Below are positions 10,909 through 21,418 of a stretch of DNA of 64,000 bases, in pieces. A model generated the notes under the pieces. That model saw only the letters and a program-made list of their open reading frames with translations. It ran no database searches and was not told the origin of the DNA. The DNA comes from a bacterium. Lineage in GTDB: Bacteria > UBP15 > UBA6099 > JAJRTR01. The DNA is taken from assembly GCA_024278215.1 (NCBI GenBank), contig JAJRTR010000052.1, positions 1 through 64,000 on the forward strand. Reading direction: 5' to 3'. Positions within the stretch are counted from its first letter, which is position 1. Every line of letters starts with the position of its first letter. The translations under genes and the position numbers were made by a program.

Positions 10909-11378
10909 GACGCACCTCCTTTTGACAACGCGGATTTCAACGAACCGGCGGCTTTTGAAACGATCACCGGTGTCAGCGATTTTTCAAAACCCGGGAGGAG
11001 CTTCAACGCGAACATAGGAATGACAAACGAGATTACGCCGAAGAATCCGCCCACGACCAGAGTGCTCGCATTGGCGCTCAGGCCGAAAACCTTCATGGAA
11101 TTTCCAATCAGAGCGCCGGCGATGAAAAAGATGACAGGCACTATATAGACCAGGAATGACGCACCGAGGATCGTTTTGTCCGGTATCTCCACACTTACCA
11201 TGTCGCCGACGTGAGCTTTGATTCTGTTGATCGCATCCATTTCTATAACATTGTTTTCCACGTGTGTCGCGTGGCAGGCCCCCTTGCTTCCGCATGTTTC
11301 GCATGTTTCAAGGCATTTTGCCTGTATAACCGCGTAATTCCCTTTCGTTTCGATAACTACTGCTGTTGTCATAGCCAT
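10905..11378 (-). CDS. RseC/MucC (SoxR reducing system) family protein
   Basis: CETCGSKGAC, NRIKAHVGDMV, ASFLVYIVP, two TM helices. Confidence 0.85.
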   Translation of the reverse strand: MAMTTAVVIETKGNYAVIQAKCLETCETCGSKGACHATHVENNVIEMDAINRIKAHVGDMVSVEIPDKTILGASFLVYIVPVIFFIAGALIGNSMKVFGLSANASTLVVGGFFGVISFVIPMFALKLLPGFEKSLTPVIVSKAAGSLKSALSKGGAS

Positions 11379-11447
11379 TGTAATCACTCCTTTCTCTATC
11401 CATACAGCCTGTCGCCCGCACATCAGCCGGATGATTCTATCTCCCGG

Positions 11448-12515
11448 TCAATGCTTCTGTTTTTTCAGCCCGATCAGGTATCGCCTTGCGGCAAGAGCCG
11501 CTTTCGCGCCTTCACCCGCGGCGATTATGAGCCGCTTGCCCGACGTGTCGGTTACATCGCCAGCCGCGAAGAATCCCTCGCATTTTGTAGAACAGTCGGG
11601 TTTTATAACTATCTCTCGCCTGCTGTTCAGTTCCACCAGACCTCTTGCGGGCAGCGAATTGGGCTTCATCCCGAGCGCTACAAAAACGGCGGACACCGGA
11701 AGGGTTGTCGTGTCAAGCTCGTATTTTTTCTTGAAACGGACATTATCGAGCACTTCTTCTCCCGCAAACCCAAGAACTTCAATATTCTCATGAATCCACA
11801 GTTTATCCGAGGACAATACCTGGTCCCATTCCGTGGAATCCGCGGTCAACTCGGCGTTGCACAGGATATGCACCTGTTTCACAACAGGGAGCACACGTTC
11901 GATGATCTGCAACGCCATATCGCTTCCGCCTATCACCGCCACATCTTTATTGTCAATCAATGAAAGATCGTGGATTCCACCGTAATAAAGACCTTTGCCT
12001 CTAAACCTGTCTTCTCCCGGAACCCGTACCTTCCTTATCGTCATGCCGGGCGCGAAAATCAATGCCCTCGATCTGTACTTTCGCAGATCGGATGTTGTAA
12101 CGGTGAATCCGGCATCTGTCTTTTCCAGTTTCTCGACCTGGCTGACAATATGATCGATATAGTCAGTGCCGACTAGTTGCCGTTTGAACTTTCCCATGAG
12201 TTCCGGACCCGTGATGAAGTCGAAACCCATGTAATTCTGAATCCTCGAACTATCGATGATATGTCCGCCGGTATATCCCGTTATAAGGAATGTGTCCAGG
12301 TTGAGATTGGATGCGTAGACACCGGCGGTGAGCGCCGCCGGCCCGCCCCCGATAATTATCAGGTCGGGATCACTCTTCCCGGCATCACCGGCAGGCCGGG
12401 ATTTGAATTTCTCCAGGCAACCCTCCGAGCAGAAATAGTATGTAACTCCATCGCGCTCGACCGTCAGTTCTGTATTGTCTTCCACAAGCATTTTGCATAT
12501 CGGGTCTGTTCTCAT
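11448..12515 (-). CDS. YHS domain fused to a thioredoxin-reductase-like flavoprotein (no CxxC)
   Basis: TDPICKM...YYFCSEGC; IIGGGPAALTAG; PGEDRFRGKGLYYGGIHD; GFFAAGDVTD; AAGEGAKAA. Confidence 0.85.
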   Translation of the reverse strand: MRTDPICKMLVEDNTELTVERDGVTYYFCSEGCLEKFKSRPAGDAGKSDPDLIIIGGGPAALTAGVYASNLNLDTFLITGYTGGHIIDSSRIQNYMGFDFITGPELMGKFKRQLVGTDYIDHIVSQVEKLEKTDAGFTVTTSDLRKYRSRALIFAPGMTIRKVRVPGEDRFRGKGLYYGGIHDLSLIDNKDVAVIGGSDMALQIIERVLPVVKQVHILCNAELTADSTEWDQVLSSDKLWIHENIEVLGFAGEEVLDNVRFKKKYELDTTTLPVSAVFVALGMKPNSLPARGLVELNSRREIVIKPDCSTKCEGFFAAGDVTDTSGKRLIIAAGEGAKAALAARRYLIGLKKQKH

Positions 12516-12557
12516 GACTTCATCACCCTTTCTGAGTGTTTTCCGGAAGCGGCGTTC

Positions 12558-13019
12558 TTATGCCGCATCCAGGAAGACGGATTCCACCACCGCGAGGAAT
12601 TCATCCGGCTCGATGGGTTTGTCCACAAACCGCTCTGGCCTGGCCACGCCCCCGTCTCGGAAATACTCGACGAGTTTTTCCATCTTTCCGAGCAGCGGCC
12701 CTTTCAGTTCCTCGAATGTAAGATTGTCCGATGTCGTGTTCTTGCCGTCGTCGATAACCTGCTGGATCGATGTAAGCATGATCACAGGTATATCCTTCAC
12801 GCGAGAATCTTTTTTCAACGCTTTGAACGTGCCGATGCCGCTCTTATTGGGCATCATCACATCGAGTACGATCAAATCGGGTTTATGCTCGATAGCTTTA
12901 AACAAGCCCTCTTTACCATCTTCCGCACAAATTGTCTTATACCCGTTCTCCGCGAGCACCGTTGAAAGATATTCGCGTACCGTGTTGTCGTCGTCTACGA
13001 TCAGAATCCTTTTCGACAT
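12558..13019 (-). CDS. Single-domain response regulator
   Basis: ILIVDDD, PDLIVLDVMMP, VIMLTS, FVDKP. Confidence 0.88.
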   Translation of the reverse strand: MSKRILIVDDDNTVREYLSTVLAENGYKTICAEDGKEGLFKAIEHKPDLIVLDVMMPNKSGIGTFKALKKDSRVKDIPVIMLTSIQQVIDDGKNTTSDNLTFEELKGPLLGKMEKLVEYFRDGGVARPERFVDKPIEPDEFLAVVESVFLDAA

Positions 13020-13294
13020 TGAAATCACTCCCCTTCTGTTTTTTATCCCGAGCCGGTCGGTCATATCCTGCTGCGTTCGGCTCTTTTGCCTTTGTATATA
13101 TCAAGAGCTATGCCATCGGTTCATAAAAGCGCAATTATTTTTATGAACGTGGGAATAGCCCGGTATTTAAAGAACAATTTGCATGATACCGATTGCGGGC
13201 ACTCTCGTGATACTGGAATAGTAGAAGAGGAAATATGCTTTTAATGATGACTATTCTGCAAAGGATTGTTGGATATTCGGCAGGTCGCCGGAAT

Positions 13295-14782
13295 CTACCT
13301 GCCGGCGGGATACGGCAGCGTTATTCTGAAAGAACTTCCTTCACCGACTTTCGTATCGACCGACAGTTTCCCGCCGTGTTCCTGAATGGTCTTTGTGGTG
13401 ACGGACAGCCCGAGACCATTGCCTTCGGAATATTTTGTGGAAAAAAACGGTGTGAATATTTTCTCCATGACATCGGCCGGGATACCCGTACCGTTATCTT
13501 CGATTTCGATGAGAATGTCCCGACCGTCTTTTCCCCGGCCGGTTCTTATGCGGACTCTGCCTGATTCACCGTTCGGGTATTCTTTGAAACGGCATGCGTC
13601 AACGGCATTCGAAACGAGATTCATGACCGCCGTATGTATGGCTTTTTCATCAATCATCACATCGGGCAGAGACGCATCCGGCGAGAATTCTATAACGACA
13701 CCTTTACTTATAGAAGAGGCCCTTAAAGATTCGGCTATTTCCTTCACCAACGGATTCACAGAGGTTTTCTTGAGGTCCAGCGCGTTTCCGCGCGAGTAAT
13801 CAAGAATGTCTTTCGAGAGACCGGACATTCGTTCGATGCCCTGCTTCACTATCTTCCAGCCTCTGTCCAGCAGGTCCCTGTCGTCCTTCTTAAGGGCGGT
13901 GTCGACCATATATCTGCCGCCCACAAATGCGTTCAGAATATTTTTTGTGCTGTGGAGAATCTGCGCCGTGGCCTGGCCCACAGCCGCGTGCCGCTCGGCC
14001 TCCACGAGCTTTTCCTGTCGCTCCTTGAGATGGGACGCCATTGTGTTGAACTCCAGGGCGAGTTGCTCGATTTCATCGCCGGTTCTGATGTTCAGCCTGT
14101 AGTCGAGGTCTCCACCACCGATGACGCGGCTTCCCTGCCTGAGCTTGATAAGCGGCGCGAGCACCGTACTCGCCATATACAGGCCGATGATAATCGCCAG
14201 CCCGACACTCAGGGCAATGCCGCCCCAGACCATACGCACGCCCCTGTCATGCACTGCCCGAACACGTGCTTCCGCCGACCGGAGTTCTTTCTTATGCAGA
14301 GCTATCAGTTTATCAATATGAGACAGAAGCGTTGTGTTTTTCGCAATCAGTTTTTCTTTAATAATTATTGTATCTCGCGCAGGTACGTTTTTATTACTCA
14401 TTCCCTCTAACTTTTCATACAATGCGATGATCTCATTTATCTCACCGGCAATATTATGTAAAGACATTTTATCAACGTCCGAATCGTCGATCAGGCGCAG
14501 GAATGCCGAGTGAGTATCCCTGTTGCGCTCGAGTTGCGCGATAGCGGCGGAAGTTTTTTCTGCTGCCCGCCTGTCGCCGGGTTCCATCTCCGCGGCGGCC
14601 GCGAGCTCCTCGAGCGCAATACGTATTTCCATCACAGAAGTCAGGCTGGGGACATACACTTTTTCGAGCTCGAGATATGAGTTCCGCAACTTATGGTATG
14701 TCGAAAGTGAAAAGAGCCCGAGAGAACTGGTTATAAATGCAATAATCGCGAATGCGAGAATGAATCTGCCTTGAAGTTTCAT
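13295..14782 (-). CDS. Membrane sensor histidine kinase (helical sensor, HAMP, HATPase)
   Basis: Two TM helices; DEIEQLALEFNTM; ILHSTKN; NLVSNAVDA; DNGTGI; GNGLGL. Confidence 0.92.
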   Translation of the reverse strand: MKLQGRFILAFAIIAFITSSLGLFSLSTYHKLRNSYLELEKVYVPSLTSVMEIRIALEELAAAAEMEPGDRRAAEKTSAAIAQLERNRDTHSAFLRLIDDSDVDKMSLHNIAGEINEIIALYEKLEGMSNKNVPARDTIIIKEKLIAKNTTLLSHIDKLIALHKKELRSAEARVRAVHDRGVRMVWGGIALSVGLAIIIGLYMASTVLAPLIKLRQGSRVIGGGDLDYRLNIRTGDEIEQLALEFNTMASHLKERQEKLVEAERHAAVGQATAQILHSTKNILNAFVGGRYMVDTALKKDDRDLLDRGWKIVKQGIERMSGLSKDILDYSRGNALDLKKTSVNPLVKEIAESLRASSISKGVVIEFSPDASLPDVMIDEKAIHTAVMNLVSNAVDACRFKEYPNGESGRVRIRTGRGKDGRDILIEIEDNGTGIPADVMEKIFTPFFSTKYSEGNGLGLSVTTKTIQEHGGKLSVDTKVGEGSSFRITLPYPAGR

Positions 14783-14916
14783 TTCGACACCACCTTTGTC
14801 GACGGTGCAATCCATCGTTTTCAGTTACAGCTTTTTTTCATGCGGTGCCTCGAAAGAGGCGTAGCTTCTAACCCTTAATAAACTCAAAATGTGTGCCGGG
14901 AATAAATATTCGTAAT

Positions 14917-14989
14917 TGTTCACGGGGGGTGGCATTGGAAATAATGCGTTAAACACCTGGAGATTCTCCGCTTCGCTCGGAATGACAAC
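14917..14989. repeat. Repeat family E (REP-like)
   Basis: ...AATGCGTTAAACACCTGGAGATTCTCCGCTTCGCTCGGAATGACAAC; reverse-complement match to 34425-34494. Confidence 0.8.
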
Positions 14990-15390
14990 CCGGAAATTTC
15001 AGATGTACTGTTGCGACCGTGGCATAACCGGAATTCTGAGATTGTTCCTGTGGTAAATATTAAGTAGTGCCTGATAACAGCATCCGAAACCTGTGTGTTT
15101 TCAAGCAACGGACTGTCGGTTATCCAACACATTGCTCTTTGTAAGACATATTGATTTCGAGCTGCTTAAAACAGAATAAAGGAAATACTGTTTACAGATG
15201 GCTGGATCAGTAAAAACAGCATGGAATACCTGTAGATTTCTCGCTTTTATTCGTGAATAATCACATGCAGATCAACATTTGTATCGAGCTTTTCCGTCTT
15301 CAGGCATCATTTGCGGCACCTGGTATGATAATTGCAATAAAAAATACAAGTAAGCATTTGTGCAATCAACCTGCGAGGAGGTGAAGGGTC

Positions 15391-15711
15391 ATGAAAAAGA
15401 TAGAAGTGTTCACAGAGTTTCACCACTTCAACGACTTCTGCCATAAGCTGAGAAAGACGGAGGGCGTAACAGGCGTGACAGTAATCAACGCCAGGGGGTT
15501 CGGTCGCGGCAAACCTGAATATGGCGAGCAGATTCTCAAGGACAAGACCAAGATTGAGATATACTGTGCAGACGAAGTTGCGGACAGCATAATTTCCACA
15601 ATACTTGACATGACGAACGCCAGGCAGAAATTCAAAGGCAAGATATATGTCATGCCCGTCGAAGACGCTGTGCGCATAAGCACCGGCGAAAGGGGCGCGG
15701 GCGAGGTATGA
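15391..15711 (+). CDS. P-II family protein (atypical)
   Basis: MKKIE, RGFGR, KTKIEI, GKIYVMPVEDAVRISTGERG; short T-loop; GGAGG upstream. Confidence 0.88.
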   Translation: MKKIEVFTEFHHFNDFCHKLRKTEGVTGVTVINARGFGRGKPEYGEQILKDKTKIEIYCADEVADSIISTILDMTNARQKFKGKIYVMPVEDAVRISTGERGAGEV

Positions 15712-15999
15712 GCGGGAGCGACCTTTCCGGTTTAACAGCAGGTTGTCGTTAATGTGAAGGAATCTCGTCGCGGTTGATGGATGTCGGTCATAATTCAATG
15801 GGTAGTTGCATCAGGCCGATAACTGGACTGCTACGCTTCACATTATCATCGAGCACAGGCGGGAGGTTCTTCGGTGCCGCCCCGGAACGGCGTGTTTCCG
15901 GCAAGAGGCTCAAGAATGATATTGTTGTACTGAACGAAATGATGCAACTCGATTTACGAAACTGCACAAGTTAAATAATAAATGATAAAAGGGTGAATC

Positions 16000-17166
16000 A
16001 TGATAAATGTACTGATTCCAAAAGAAATAATTGCTGATGAGAAACGGGTCGCTGGTGTCCCGGATACAGTAAAGCGAATCGTGAAAGCCGGTGCCGGGGT
16101 TGTTGTCGAATCCGGAGCGGGCAGGGGCGCGTTCATTTCGGACGAGAAATACCGGGAAGCCGGCGCTGTGATCGACTCCGATACGGAAAAGATATGGGCG
16201 GACGCAGACGTGATTCTGAAAGTGCGGCATCCGGTCGCCGACGACGGAACCGGAAAACATGAGACGGAAATGATGAAAGAAGACTCGGTTCTTATAGCAA
16301 CCCTTCTGCCTTATGCAAATCCCGGCGTCGTCAGGAGACTGCTGGGAAACAAGATTACTTCGTTTTCAATGGATTTCATTCCACGCATATCACGGGCGCA
16401 GAAGATGGACTCTTTGAGTTCGCAAAGCAATATCGCTGGTTATAAGGCAGTGCTTATCGCCGCCAACGAACTCGGCAGGTATTTCCCTATGCTGATGACG
16501 GCGGCGGGTACGATCAAGCCGGCGAAGGTGGTCGTGATAGGCGCGGGAGTCGCGGGGCTCCAGGCCGTGGCGACGGCGCGCAGGCTCGGAGCAGTCGTCG
16601 AGGTCTCGGACATAAGGCCCGCGGTGAAGGAACAGGTCCGGAGCCTGGGCGCGAAGTATATCGAAGTCGAGTCCGACGAAAACCTTGAGGGTGCCGGCGG
16701 ATACGCGAAAGAGGCGTCCGCGGATTTTCTCAGGAAGCAGAAGGAACTTCTTCACAAGCACGTGGCGGCGGCTGATGTTGTTATCTGCACGGCACTTGTT
16801 ACCGGGAAGAAAGCCCCCGTCATTATTGATGCCGCCATGGTCAGGGATATGAAACCGGGCTCGGTAGTTGTCGATCTGGCCGCGGAGCAGGGCGGGAACT
16901 GTGAGTTGAGCGAACCCGGCAGGGATATAATTGACGGCGATGTAAAAATAATCGGCAGGTTGAATGTGCCCGGTTCGATGGCGGAACATGCGAGTTTTGT
17001 CTATTCAAAGAATATTCTGAACTTCTTTATGGAGCTGTTGACCGATGGCGAACTCGATATAAACCTCGAAGATGAGGTCATAAGGGGAGCGCTGATTACG
17101 CATAAAGGCGAACTGATGCAGAAAGCGCTTGAAGATGTGATAGAAAGTGGAGGTGGCGACAAATGA
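16000..17166 (+). CDS. pntAa: NAD(P) transhydrogenase alpha subunit, part 1 (domain I)
   Basis: EKRVAGVP, PRISRAQKMDSLSSQSNIAGYKAV, GAGVAGLQA, DLAAEQGGNC. Confidence 0.95.
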   Translation: MINVLIPKEIIADEKRVAGVPDTVKRIVKAGAGVVVESGAGRGAFISDEKYREAGAVIDSDTEKIWADADVILKVRHPVADDGTGKHETEMMKEDSVLIATLLPYANPGVVRRLLGNKITSFSMDFIPRISRAQKMDSLSSQSNIAGYKAVLIAANELGRYFPMLMTAAGTIKPAKVVVIGAGVAGLQAVATARRLGAVVEVSDIRPAVKEQVRSLGAKYIEVESDENLEGAGGYAKEASADFLRKQKELLHKHVAAADVVICTALVTGKKAPVIIDAAMVRDMKPGSVVVDLAAEQGGNCELSEPGRDIIDGDVKIIGRLNVPGSMAEHASFVYSKNILNFFMELLTDGELDINLEDEVIRGALITHKGELMQKALEDVIESGGGDK

Positions 17167-17441
17167 ATGGTCTTTTGATGGGAATATATCTGTTTGTGCT
17201 GGCCCTTCTCCTGGGCTCGGAACTCATCTCGAAGGTGCCGCCGACACTGCATACGCCGCTGATGTCCGGCGCGAACGCGGTCTCGGGAATCACGATAGTC
17301 GGGGCGCTCTGGGCCGCGCATTCAGGTAGCCCGGCAAGCAATATCCTCGGCTTCCTCGCCGTCGTTATGGCCACGATAAATGTGGTGGGCGGCTTTGCTG
17401 TTACAGACAGGATGCTCAAAATGTTTGGAAGAAAGAGGTAG
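17163..17441 (+). CDS. pntAb: NAD(P) transhydrogenase alpha subunit, part 2 (membrane)
   Basis: VPPTLHTPLMSGANAVSG, INVVGGFAVTDRMLKMF. Confidence 0.95.
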   Translation: MNGLLMGIYLFVLALLLGSELISKVPPTLHTPLMSGANAVSGITIVGALWAAHSGSPASNILGFLAVVMATINVVGGFAVTDRMLKMFGRKR

Positions 17442-17445
17442 TCCC

Positions 17446-18873
17446 ATGAAAACGCTGATAACCTTTGCATACCTGGTAGCTGCGATATTCTTCATATACG
17501 GCATTAAGAAACTGTCGTTGGTGCGTACGGCGAGGATCGGCAACGCCTATTCCGCGGCAGGAATGCTGATTGCTGTCGTGGTAACGCTCGTCGATATCGG
17601 CAAAGTGGATTATACATTCATTCTGGCCGGACTGATTGTCGGAAGCGCCATCGGCCTGTATACGGCGATGAAGGTGGAGATGACGGCAATGCCGCAGATG
17701 GTCGCTGTCTTCAACGGGTTCGGCGGCGGCGCCTCGGCGCTCGTTTCGCTCTCGGTTTTCTGGAAATACGTCGTCGACGTGTCGGCTACCGGTGTAGCGG
17801 CGGACATACTCGGCGCGAATACGGCTGTGACGATGGCGCTCGGTATACTGATAGGCGCGGTGACCTTCACCGGCAGTTTCGTAGCGTTCGCCAAATTACA
17901 GGGGTTGATACCGGGGAAACCGATCCTGTTTCCGGGGCGGCACCTGTTGAATCTGTTGTTGCTGCTGGCCGGGATAGCCGCCGGTGTGTATTTCGCTTTC
18001 ATGGCGCCCGCGCCGGGCATATCCACTCTGGCTTTCCTGGCTCTTTTCGTCCTGTCTCTCGCGCTTGGAGTGTTCCTCGTGACCCCGATAGGCGGCGCGG
18101 ACATGCCGGTCGTCATATCACTGCTGAATTCATATTCCGGTATCGCCGCTTCCATGGCCGGGTTTGTGATTGGCAACAACCTGCTGATTATATCCGGCGC
18201 ACTGGTGGGGGCATCCGGGCTGATTCTCACGAATATAATGTGTAAAGCCATGAACAGGTCTCTGGTAAACGTATTGTTCGGCGGGTTCGGGGCGGAAGCT
18301 GAGAAGGATTCGGGAGGCGGTTCATCCGAATATAAAAATGTAAAAGATTACGGCCCTGAAGAAGCGTTTCTGATGTTCGATGCGGCTCAGACCATCGTTA
18401 TCGTCCCCGGCTACGGCCTCGCGGTCGCACAGGCGCAGCACGAGATAAAAGAACTGGCCTCCATCCTTCAGAAACAGGGGAAAGACGTCAAATACGGGAT
18501 TCACCCTGTAGCAGGTCGCATGCCGGGCCACATGAACGTGCTCCTTGCCGAAGCAAATGTGCCTTATGAGCTACTGTACGATATGGAAAGTATAAACCCG
18601 GAATTTCAGAATACGGACCTCGTACTGGTCGTCGGTGCGAACGATGTTGTGAACCCCGCCGCGCAAGACCGGAAGGGCAGCCCCATCTATGGAATGCCGA
18701 TCCTCGAAGTGTTCAAAGCGCAATCAGTGCTCGTGGTCAAAAGAAGCCTCAGTCCGGGTTTCGCGGGAATAAAGAACGAACTTTTTGAAAACGATAACAC
18801 ATTCATGCTTTTCGGAGACGCCAAAAAAGTGTTGAAGGAACTTATCAGCGAAGCCAAAAGCGTAAGCGTGTGA
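17446..18873 (+). CDS. pntB: NAD(P) transhydrogenase beta subunit
   Basis: MTAMPQMVA, IGGADMPVVISLLNSYSG, VPGYGLAVAQAQH, HPVAGRMPGHMNVLLAEA. Confidence 0.96.
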   Translation: MKTLITFAYLVAAIFFIYGIKKLSLVRTARIGNAYSAAGMLIAVVVTLVDIGKVDYTFILAGLIVGSAIGLYTAMKVEMTAMPQMVAVFNGFGGGASALVSLSVFWKYVVDVSATGVAADILGANTAVTMALGILIGAVTFTGSFVAFAKLQGLIPGKPILFPGRHLLNLLLLLAGIAAGVYFAFMAPAPGISTLAFLALFVLSLALGVFLVTPIGGADMPVVISLLNSYSGIAASMAGFVIGNNLLIISGALVGASGLILTNIMCKAMNRSLVNVLFGGFGAEAEKDSGGGSSEYKNVKDYGPEEAFLMFDAAQTIVIVPGYGLAVAQAQHEIKELASILQKQGKDVKYGIHPVAGRMPGHMNVLLAEANVPYELLYDMESINPEFQNTDLVLVVGANDVVNPAAQDRKGSPIYGMPILEVFKAQSVLVVKRSLSPGFAGIKNELFENDNTFMLFGDAKKVLKELISEAKSVSV

Positions 18874-18955
18874 GCCGCTTGCAAAAGTCTGTTCTACCGC
18901 ACCACTCACAGAACCGGTTTACTCCACGCGCTGAACATGTTGTATAATTTACAGC

Positions 18956-19978
18956 ATGTCGGCAAACTGCACTCCTGAAATTACTGTCCTGCTTCCCGTT
19001 TTCAACGCGGAAAGCACGCTGGCCGGCGCGATCAATTCTATAACCGGACAGACATTCAGGGGGTTTGAGTTGCTGATAGTAGACGACGGTTCGCAGGATT
19101 CAAGCGCGCGAATCGCTGAACGCGCGGCAGTTGCGGATGAGAGAATAAAGGTCGTTCGCCTGGAGCATGAGGGTCTTGTCTCCGCGCTTAATGTCGGGCT
19201 TGCCGAGTCGCGCGCGCCGCTTGTGGCACGGATGGACGCCGACGACATATCATATCCGCGCCGCCTCGAACTCCAGGCGAAATACCTGCGGGCACATCCT
19301 GAAATCAGTGTTGTCTCATGTCTCGTCGAAACTTTCCCGCCCGACCGGGTCGGCGAGGGTATGATCCTATATGAAAAATGGCTGAATTCACTCGTTGACG
19401 AGAAAGATATAGTTCGTGATATATTTGTGGAATCGCCGTTTGCGCATCCGTCGGTGATGTTCAGAAAAGATAGAACAATAAGCGCGGGCGGCTATCGAAA
19501 CATGGGCTGGCCGGAAGACTACGAACTGTGGTTGAGGCTTTATGCCGGTGGTGCGAAGTTCGGTAAAGTTGCCGGAACATTACTTCGCTGGCGCGACACA
19601 CCGGGGCGGCTGTCTCGCTGCCACAGTATGTATTCAGACGCTGCGTTCAGGATGACGAAACTGCATTATCTGTTGCAGACACATCTGTCTGAGCGCAGGC
19701 GGGTCACCCTGTGGGGAGCGGGCCGCACAGGTCGCTGGTGGTGCCGGGAGCTGCACATAGCCGGTGTAGATGTCGCGCGATTCATTGACGTGGATGCACA
19801 CAAGATCGGGCGCGCGGTCGGCGACATTCCGATTGTCTCGCCCTTTAACATTTACCGCGGAATGGAAGATGATTTCATACTCGGCTGCGTCGGTTCACGC
19901 GGCGCGCGCGACCGGATCAGAGCTTTTCTTATCGACGCCGGTTACGTCGAGTTGCAGGACTTCATCATGATCGCATGA
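18956..19978 (+). CDS. Glycosyltransferase family 2
   Basis: LPVFNAE, IVDDGSQD, ARMDADD, HPSVMFR, EDYELW; C-terminal WGAGRTG Rossmann-like segment. Confidence 0.9.
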   Translation: MSANCTPEITVLLPVFNAESTLAGAINSITGQTFRGFELLIVDDGSQDSSARIAERAAVADERIKVVRLEHEGLVSALNVGLAESRAPLVARMDADDISYPRRLELQAKYLRAHPEISVVSCLVETFPPDRVGEGMILYEKWLNSLVDEKDIVRDIFVESPFAHPSVMFRKDRTISAGGYRNMGWPEDYELWLRLYAGGAKFGKVAGTLLRWRDTPGRLSRCHSMYSDAAFRMTKLHYLLQTHLSERRRVTLWGAGRTGRWWCRELHIAGVDVARFIDVDAHKIGRAVGDIPIVSPFNIYRGMEDDFILGCVGSRGARDRIRAFLIDAGYVELQDFIMIA

Positions 19979-20025
19979 CACACATAATTGGTACGATCCT
20001 GTGTTCCGGATATAATGAACATAGC

Positions 20026-20212
20026 ATCTTGTGCGTTTTTCCATATATTGTGAGACTTTTGGGAACATGACTGAAATTTGACTTTTAATTCCGGATCGTC
20101 CCCATAAATTCTACTACTGTCACGTCAGGCTTGTAACGTCGTTTTTACGCTACCCCATCTTACATCTTTTCTTTGTTGACATGGTACTACCCCTTATAAA
20201 AACGCACAGGTT
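20026..20212. repeat. Repeat family B, shortest complete copy
   Basis: Ends ATCTTGTGCGTTTTT...AAAAACGCACAGGTT; core TTCTACTACTGTCACGTCAGGCTTGTAA. Confidence 0.9.
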
Positions 20213-20375
20213 CAATTTATATTTGAACATCCGGAACCAAAAAGCCCTTTCGATGTATATGTAATAGTAAGGGAAGTGACAGAGCGGAAGCAGCTTCAAA
20301 GCTGAGTTTGACATTATGCGACCTGCTCGGATATGATTATAGCTTTCGGATGAAAGCACTCTGGTATTATTGATT

Positions 20376-21239
20376 ATGGATAAAAAAACAAAGTTCAAAA
20401 TCGAACAGAATGTTAAGGACCTGCCGACACTGCCTGCGGTGGCGACGAAGATATTCGAGGTCACAAACGACCCGGAAGCATCCGTTGACGACCTGAAAGA
20501 TATTATCGCGATGGACCAGGTTGTGGCGGGCCGGATACTGCGCGCGGTGAACTCCGCGTATTACGGCTATCCGAGGCAGATAAACACACTGTCGCAGGCG
20601 ATAGTGATACTTGGGTTCAACAATGTGCGCAGCCTTGCGCTCTCAGTGTCGATAATGGAGATGTTCTCGGGGCGCGAAGGCGGTTTTGATTTCTCGCAGC
20701 TATGGATACATGCTGTCGGCACAGCATTTTGCGCGCGGGCGCTCGCCAGATTATTCAACCCGAAATCGGTAGAGCAATATTTCGTCGCCGGGCTTCTCCA
20801 CGATATTGGTCTTGTTGCAATGAACCGGTGTTTCCCCGAAAAATTCGCCGAGTGCCTGAGCAGCGTCGGCAAAGACGGCAGGCCACTTTACATACATGAA
20901 AGAGAAACCTTCGAGTTCAATCATGCCGACGTGGGTTGCGTTATGGCAAACACCTGGCTGCTCCCTCAGAATCTTACCGACACAATCACGTTCCACCATG
21001 AGCCGCAGAAGGCCGAAGACAACCGTAATATCGTATATGCGGTGCATGTTGCGGACATCCTGTGCAAGGTTAATAATTTCGGTGACTTCGGCGACAACGA
21101 ATCCTTTGACTACAGCACAATCTATGAAAAAGCCGCTGATATGTACCACATAGGCCCGGACGGGCCGAAAGAGGAAGTCCTCAAAGAGGTCGAAGCCGAC
21201 ATAGAAGAAGCAAGCGGTTTCATCAATATCTTTTCCTGA
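20376..21239 (+). CDS. HDOD domain protein
   Basis: LPTLPAVA, DQVVAGRILRAVNSAYYG, AIVILG, GLLHDIG, HADVG. Confidence 0.92.
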   Translation: MDKKTKFKIEQNVKDLPTLPAVATKIFEVTNDPEASVDDLKDIIAMDQVVAGRILRAVNSAYYGYPRQINTLSQAIVILGFNNVRSLALSVSIMEMFSGREGGFDFSQLWIHAVGTAFCARALARLFNPKSVEQYFVAGLLHDIGLVAMNRCFPEKFAECLSSVGKDGRPLYIHERETFEFNHADVGCVMANTWLLPQNLTDTITFHHEPQKAEDNRNIVYAVHVADILCKVNNFGDFGDNESFDYSTIYEKAADMYHIGPDGPKEEVLKEVEADIEEASGFINIFS

Positions 21240-21418
21240 TCCGAATAATCAACCCGTGTCCGAACGACCGGTCTCCCTCACGCGTCGAGCCTGCGCCCGG
21301 AGGCTGTGAAGCCGGTGAAGATATATTTCATACCCGTTTCAGGCAATCCGGACGCGCGGTATGGATAATATTCGGGTTCACCTGTATAATATTGCCTTAT
21401 TTGAACAGCAGCAAAACG

